Of a DNA stretch of 64,000 nucleotides, positions 58,550 to 64,000 are shown piece after piece. Numbering within the stretch: position 1 is the first letter of the stretch; each line of letters starts with the position of its first letter. The notes under the pieces are model-generated. The model was not told the origin of the DNA. It was given only the letters and a program-made list of their open reading frames with translations, and searched no databases. The position numbers and the translations under genes were made by a program. Source of the DNA: an uncultured Gammaproteobacteria bacterium (GTDB lineage: Bacteria; Patescibacteriota; Microgenomatia; Daviesbacterales; UBA10151); the NCBI GenBank assembly GCA_964523905.1, contig CAZFYQ010000002.1:2177-66176 (forward strand), written 5' to 3'.

Positions 58550-58604
58550 TTATATTTGATAGTAACAGCTTGAATTTGAATGTGCAAACAGTTCCTGCTA
58601 CTAT

Positions 58605-58692
58605 TGTCATCCTGAGGACAAAGTCCGAAGGATCTCTCGCGAATGCGAGACTCAAACAAGTTGAGAGATTCTTCGCTTCGCTCAGAATGACA
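58605..58692. repeat. Full-length palindromic repeat (TGTCATCCTGAG...CTCAGAATGACA)
   Basis: Terminal inverted arms, CGAAGGATCTCTC/GAGAGATTCTTCG and an internal CTCGC-gaat-GCGAG hairpin. Confidence 0.8.
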
Positions 58693-58697
58693 TAAAG

Positions 58698-59450
58698 ATG
58701 ATTATTATTGCAATCAAGACCAGAAAATTTTTACCGCCAAAAGATAATTTGGAGGATTTACTAAATAGTATTAAATCTATATCAGAGAACTCAGTGGTAG
58801 CAATAACTTCTAAAGTAGTATCGATTACAGAAGGCAGATGCATTCCCACTATGAATATGGCTGAAAAAGATTTGTTGGCAATAAAAGAGGCAGATAAATA
58901 TATTCCAAGAGAGGATTCTCCAAATGGTTTAGTTTTAACGACTATTAAAAATAATCTAATTGTGGCCTCTTCCGGAATTGATGAAAGCAATGCCAATGAT
59001 TTTTTAATTTTATGGCCGGAAGATCCATATGCCTCAGCTAAAAAAATCTGGCAATTATTAAAACAAAAATTTAATCTGAAAAATTTGGGAATTATTATTA
59101 CTGATTCCCGATTAGTGCCACTTCGCCGTGGAGTAGTGGGACTGGCTTTATCATTTTATGGTTTCAAACCCTTAAAAGATTATCGAGGTAAAAAAGATTT
59201 ATTTGGCCGGGAATTTAAAATGGAAACTACTAATTTACCGGATGCCTTGGCAACTGCAGCTGTTTTAGAAATGGGGGAAGGGGATGAAAGTAAGCCTTTG
59301 GCTGTGATTTCTGAATTAACAGATATTGAATTTATTCAGACAGATTACCAACCGGAAACTTTGGATGATACTTTTGAAATTCCAGAAAAAGAAGATATGT
59401 TTTATCCAATTTTTTCAAAGGCTAACTGGAAGAAGGGTGGATCTACTTAA
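58698..59450 (+). CDS. CofE-like gamma-glutamyl ligase family protein
   Basis: TSKVVS..EG, GIDESNA, IITDS...P.R.G, KDLFGR, D.LA.AA..MGEG.E..P. Confidence 0.8.
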   Translation: MIIIAIKTRKFLPPKDNLEDLLNSIKSISENSVVAITSKVVSITEGRCIPTMNMAEKDLLAIKEADKYIPREDSPNGLVLTTIKNNLIVASSGIDESNANDFLILWPEDPYASAKKIWQLLKQKFNLKNLGIIITDSRLVPLRRGVVGLALSFYGFKPLKDYRGKKDLFGREFKMETTNLPDALATAAVLEMGEGDESKPLAVISELTDIEFIQTDYQPETLDDTFEIPEKEDMFYPIFSKANWKKGGST

Positions 59451-59495
59451 GTTTTAAAATTTTAGCTAACGCAGTTGGCCAAATGCTATCGACAC

Positions 59496-60743
59496 CTATC
59501 TAACCAACCACCCGTTAAATATAGTATTGGAGCTTTCTGTTGGACCTTGTTGATAAAATGGGGTCAACTGCTTTGTATCTAAACTAATTGTATAATAAGT
59601 GCCGGTATTTGTAATACCTTTTGTTTTATCAATAGGTATATTCCCTAAGGTTAATACCCCAACAAACAGATATTTACTATCTGGTGACCAGGCAGCAGTA
59701 TTGATGTCATTACCTGTAGGCTCTTCCAGTAAAACATCTGGCTTATTAGTTTTTAAATTGAAAAGATATAATTTTGAGCTATTTGGAGCTTCAACAAAAG
59801 AGAGATAATTATTATCTGTAGAGATACTGAAGTTTTGAGGATTTGTATTATTACCCATATCAAATAATTCTTTCTCAGTTCCGTTACTCAAATTAATCTC
59901 AACAATTTTTTGATTACTCATGGGCACCGAATAACCGTTTATGTTTGAGGAACCAATTGTTTGCTTGATGAGATAACCCTTTGAAAAATCAGATGTTAAT
60001 ACAGAAGGAATGTCCCCATTAGTAGATATTGTTTTTTGTTGACCATTAGATAAATCTATAGTTACTAGTTTTTGAGCAACATTATTCCCATTTTTTTCTG
60101 TGAGAATTCCATATATGATATTTTTATTAGCATCAAAGCCTAAGAGTTTAAATTTTAGGGAGGTTTGGCTTGGTACAGGAATGTTAATTTTTGTCTTAGT
60201 ATTATTACTACCATCCTTATTAACAATGTATAAGCTGTGTTTTGCCGATTTAAGAAAATTGTTAATATCACTGATTCCTAAAACTATATAGATAAATTTT
60301 TGGCTGTTGCTGGACCAAATAAAGTCATCAATTGCATCATAGGTAGTTGCTTGAAAAACTTTCCCTGGTTTTAAAATTTGCTGGCTACTAGATATTTCTA
60401 GATTTTTAGGAAATCCAATCCCTCCAGAAACGCCGCCGGAGAGTTTCGCCACATATTTTCCATCTGGTGAGGGAAGATAACCTACGGTACTGCTGGAACT
60501 AGCTTCTAAGGTAACTTTATTTAATCCTCCTTGTTCAGCCATATAAAAAGAAGGCCTAATAAATTGTCTATCTGAATAAATAATTTCATATTTGGGAGCG
60601 GGGGTTGGTAAAGGTAGGACCTTTGATCCGATTTGGTTAGGTAATACATTTTTATAAAAGATAAACCATCCTCCCAAAATTCCTAATATAATTATGATCC
60701 CCAAAATGATGGCTACTGAAGCAAAACCTTTTTCTTTATTCAT
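59496..60743 (-). CDS. Membrane-anchored TolB-like beta-propeller protein
   Basis: SPDG, WSS.S and WSPDS repeats; start at MNKEKGF (TAATG overlap with the upstream gene). Confidence 0.7.
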   Translation of the reverse strand: MNKEKGFASVAIILGIIIILGILGGWFIFYKNVLPNQIGSKVLPLPTPAPKYEIIYSDRQFIRPSFYMAEQGGLNKVTLEASSSSTVGYLPSPDGKYVAKLSGGVSGGIGFPKNLEISSSQQILKPGKVFQATTYDAIDDFIWSSNSQKFIYIVLGISDINNFLKSAKHSLYIVNKDGSNNTKTKINIPVPSQTSLKFKLLGFDANKNIIYGILTEKNGNNVAQKLVTIDLSNGQQKTISTNGDIPSVLTSDFSKGYLIKQTIGSSNINGYSVPMSNQKIVEINLSNGTEKELFDMGNNTNPQNFSISTDNNYLSFVEAPNSSKLYLFNLKTNKPDVLLEEPTGNDINTAAWSPDSKYLFVGVLTLGNIPIDKTKGITNTGTYYTISLDTKQLTPFYQQGPTESSNTIFNGWLVR

Positions 60744-61426
60744 TAATTTACTGTAATTGTTGCTGTACAAACATCGGATTCCAAGCCAGCATGGGTTTGT
60801 AAATGCATTTTGGCAGTATAATTTCCGCTACTGGAAAAAGTATAGGGGGAGGGATGCTGGCTTGAAGTATCATAAGATGTATCCCAGTTGCCGTCACCAT
60901 TAAAATCCCATTGCACATTAGTTACATAATCGTTACCTCCATAACCGGTGTTATACCAGGAAGCTCCATAGACAAAGTTTACTGATAAAGGTGCAGGGCC
61001 ACTGGAAGGAGTAGTCTGTATTAGACAAACTACCTTAGGAGATGGAGTAGGGGTAGCAGTAGGAGGTGGTATAGGAGTGGAGGTAGGAATTGTAGTGGGA
61101 GCTGCTGTCTGGGGTCTGGTAGTAGGGGTTGGGGATAATTGTTGCGTACTTGTCGTGTTGGTGTTACTACTAGTGGGCTTGGTAGTTGGGGTGGGAGCTT
61201 TTGTTGGAATAATTGTTGTTGATTTAGGTGCAGCTGTTGCTGTCGGAGTTCTTGTGACAGATGTATTTGCATTACTACTAGCTAAGTTGGTATCGCCAGT
61301 GATAGGAGTAGGGTTTTTAGTATTTGATCCAAGTGTGATCCAGGCAATTGCGCTGCCAATAATCAGGAATGACCCGGCAGCCAAAAGTACAAGTATTATT
61401 GGAACAAAACCTTTTTGGGTAGGCAT
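60743..61426 (-). CDS. PKD-domain surface protein with Thr/Pro-rich linker
   Basis: QKGF + TM, G.APL.V.F, WDFNGDG.WD, YT....G.YT. Confidence 0.8.
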   Translation of the reverse strand: MPTQKGFVPIILVLLAAGSFLIIGSAIAWITLGSNTKNPTPITGDTNLASSNANTSVTRTPTATAAPKSTTIIPTKAPTPTTKPTSSNTNTTSTQQLSPTPTTRPQTAAPTTIPTSTPIPPPTATPTPSPKVVCLIQTTPSSGPAPLSVNFVYGASWYNTGYGGNDYVTNVQWDFNGDGNWDTSYDTSSQHPSPYTFSSSGNYTAKMHLQTHAGLESDVCTATITVN

Positions 61427-61479
61427 TAATTAAATCTTAACACAAATTATTGAAGGGATTTGAAGAACTCTCTAACCGA

Positions 61480-62400
61480 TTAGGTTATAGTCTTTTGAAA
61501 AAAGTTTATGGTTTTTTTAAGGCCTTCTTCTAAATCAACTTCCGGGTTCCAGCCCAGTTCTTGTTTAATTTTGCCGGAGGAGGCAACTAAGGAGGGAACA
61601 TCCCCTTTTCTCTCACCCTTATCATCAATGGGAACTTCATATCCTAGTTCTTTAAATATCAGATGGACCAGGTCAATAACTTTAATACCGGTTTCAGTGC
61701 CAACATTATAAACATGATATCCGGTTAAATTTAAAGGTAAGACATGGGCTTTGGCTAAATCTTCAATATAAATAAAATCCCGGGTCTGCTCCCCCTTCCA
61801 AAACAAGGGGATAGGTTGTTTGTTTAAGGCCGCTTTAATTAAATTAGGAATAGCATGAGTTTCCGGGCTGTGCAATTCTCCTGGGCCATAAGGATTAAAG
61901 TAGCGCAAAATTATTACATCAAATCCATACAGATTATGGTAAAGCTTACAAAATTGCTCCATGTTTACTTTAGTTAAACCATAAGGGTTTTGCTGTTCAC
62001 CTAAAGCGTCATCTTCAGTAATTGGCAATTTGGTAGGGACTCCGTAAACACAGGCACTGGAAGAGAAAATGATTTTTTTAACACCGGTATTTTTCATTCC
62101 CTCCAGTAATTTAACAGTTCCTAAAATATTATTTTCTACAAAGGCCACCGGATTTTTTACTGACTCCCCTACCTCTATTAAAGAGGCCATGTGGATTACT
62201 GCCTCATGTCCTGGTAAAGATTCTTCCAGCTTTTTCTGGTCAAGTAAATCTCCAGAAATAAAAGTGGCCCTTGAGTCAACACTGTCCTGGTGGCCGTTTG
62301 AGAGGTTATCAAAAACCGTGACACTATGTCCGGCATCTAATAATAGTTTAGTAACATGGGAACCGATAAAGCCGGCTCCGCCAGTAACAAAAATCTTCAC
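61480..62400 (-). CDS. galE: UDP-glucose 4-epimerase (NAD-dependent epimerase)
   Basis: TGGAGFIGSH, VGESV..P, FSSSA.VYG, YGLTK, LRYFN, RD.I...DLA.AH. Confidence 0.82.
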   Translation of the reverse strand: MKIFVTGGAGFIGSHVTKLLLDAGHSVTVFDNLSNGHQDSVDSRATFISGDLLDQKKLEESLPGHEAVIHMASLIEVGESVKNPVAFVENNILGTVKLLEGMKNTGVKKIIFSSSACVYGVPTKLPITEDDALGEQQNPYGLTKVNMEQFCKLYHNLYGFDVIILRYFNPYGPGELHSPETHAIPNLIKAALNKQPIPLFWKGEQTRDFIYIEDLAKAHVLPLNLTGYHVYNVGTETGIKVIDLVHLIFKELGYEVPIDDKGERKGDVPSLVASSGKIKQELGWNPEVDLEEGLKKTINFFQKTIT

Positions 62401-62429
62401 AATAGAAATTTTAACACAAATACGTTAAA

Positions 62430-63965
62430 TTGAAGACTGTGAAAAACAAACTGATTTTTGGGATTTTAATTATTGGCATTGTATATCGCTTGTTTTTAAC
62501 TGCCAACGGTAATTTCCTATTCAATATGGATAATGCCAGGGATATGTTAGATGTTCGGGAGATGGTGGTCTTACACAAACTAAGACTTACCGGACCAACC
62601 TCGGCTATTACAGGATTATTTAATGGTCCGGCTTGGTATTATTTGTTGGCGGTCCCCTTTTTATTGTCTGGGGGTAGTCCATATGCTGAGATTTTAATGG
62701 AGATAATTCTTTGGGCAATTGGTGGATATTTTTTACTTAAATTAGTTAGCAAATGGGGAAGTTTACTGATTTTACCAATTGGAGGAGTGTGGATTGCTTC
62801 TAATTATATAACCTTAACTAATTTATACGCTTTTAATCCTAACCCGGTAACTTTACTAGCTCCTTTATTTATTTTTCTGTTACTTAAGTTTTTGGAAACA
62901 GGTAAATCATTATATGGAATCTCGGTTTGGTTTTTAGCAGGATTATTTTTTAACTTTGAAATGAATGCCGGAGTGTTTATGCCGGTAATTATTTTAGTCA
63001 GTATTATTCTGTCAAAGAATTTAAAACTTTTGAAACAAAAAACTTTCTGGGCTGGTTTAGCTGCTTTTGTTATTACTTTGTTGCCTCAGATTTTATTTGA
63101 TTTAAAGCATCAATTTCTGATGAGTAAAGCAGTTTTAGTTTTTTTACATGATGGAAATGGCGGAGGAAAATTTAATCCACTTCTTCGAATTCCAACAATT
63201 GCCGGGGATTTTTTTAATACTTTTATTCCAACATTAATGAACCATCAGACCTTGTCAGTAATTCTTTTACTGTTATTTTTGGTGGTCGTTTTAAAAAAGT
63301 GGAGACAGATTTTAGAAAAAGATTTACTAGTATTAATTTCTTTAATTTATATCTTGGTACCCTTTTTAGGTTATTTAATAATTCCGGTCACAGTTAACCC
63401 TTGGCATTTGGGAGGAGAAATGAGTGTTTCTCTAATTCTCTTAGGATATTTACTGGAAGAAATTTGGCATCTAAATTGGAGGGGAAAAATAGTGAGTGTG
63501 GTCCTGGGAATATTTTTAGTAATCTATGCCATCAGTAACGTAGTTCATTTCTTTGTCAGCGATTTTGGAAAACCCAGTGGTGACCCTTCTTTATACAGAA
63601 ATGAAACAGCTGCCATAGATTATGTATATCAAAAGGCTAATGGTAAAAACTTTAAGGTCTATACTTATCTTCCTTCAGTTTATGATTTTCCTTACCAATA
63701 TTTATTTTGGTGGTATGGTAAAAAAACATATGGATATATTCCCGGTGACTATGCTTATTCTCCTAATAAACCTCCGTATGTTGCTAGTCAAAGTCAGTTT
63801 TATGGGTCCCAGACTAATTATTCCGGACTGGTTTTTTTAATTAAAGAACCGGATCATAACTATACCCGCCCTGGTTGGGAAGGCGCTTTTGTAAAATTAC
63901 CTACAATTAGTACCCAAATGGTTGGCCCTATTGAAGTAGAAATCAGAAAAGAACACCCTCAATAG
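62430..63965 (+). CDS. GT-C glycosyltransferase (family 39-like)
   Basis: D.ARD, L.GP.S...G...GP.WYY, PQ..FD.KH.F; multi-TM. Confidence 0.75.
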   Translation: MKTVKNKLIFGILIIGIVYRLFLTANGNFLFNMDNARDMLDVREMVVLHKLRLTGPTSAITGLFNGPAWYYLLAVPFLLSGGSPYAEILMEIILWAIGGYFLLKLVSKWGSLLILPIGGVWIASNYITLTNLYAFNPNPVTLLAPLFIFLLLKFLETGKSLYGISVWFLAGLFFNFEMNAGVFMPVIILVSIILSKNLKLLKQKTFWAGLAAFVITLLPQILFDLKHQFLMSKAVLVFLHDGNGGGKFNPLLRIPTIAGDFFNTFIPTLMNHQTLSVILLLLFLVVVLKKWRQILEKDLLVLISLIYILVPFLGYLIIPVTVNPWHLGGEMSVSLILLGYLLEEIWHLNWRGKIVSVVLGIFLVIYAISNVVHFFVSDFGKPSGDPSLYRNETAAIDYVYQKANGKNFKVYTYLPSVYDFPYQYLFWWYGKKTYGYIPGDYAYSPNKPPYVASQSQFYGSQTNYSGLVFLIKEPDHNYTRPGWEGAFVKLPTISTQMVGPIEVEIRKEHPQ

Positions 63966-64000
63966 TAATTTTTCTTTGATTATTTTCTAAAGATTCAAAG

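Overview
Gene-dense, AT-rich bacterial chromosome segment using genetic code 11 (TGA is a stop). Gene content and style suggest a CPR/Patescibacteria genome, probably Microgenomates (inference): split transketolase, class II RNR, H+-PPase, many GT-C membrane glycosyltransferases, Pro/Thr-rich surface proteins and apparently leaderless genes. Core genes include tkt N/C, trxB, nrdR-nrdJ, cobO, lon, hppA, greA, lysS, serS, secA, nnrD, galE and a tRNA-Glu(CTC). An accessory region lies at about 8.7-22.7 kb. Most notable observations: (1) an otherwise complete LAGLIDADG intein at the catalytic NPC/GE loop of NrdJ that ends in Ser-Arg-Gly instead of His-Asn; (2) a SNF2-like ATPase-SAM methyltransferase gene split by a -1 frameshift at an A_AAA_AAC heptamer, coupled to a degenerate alkylpurine-glycosylase-like ORF and divergent from a multi-HTH protein; (3) a fully synonymous recoded copy of the nrdJ 3' end, plus other displaced gene-end relics; (4) a tandem FabZ-like protein with complementary catalytic residues; (5) an M48 protease-ABC1 kinase giant fusion; (6) several palindromic repeats, two inside coding sequence. 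All protein calls come from motif recognition by eye; no database search was run.
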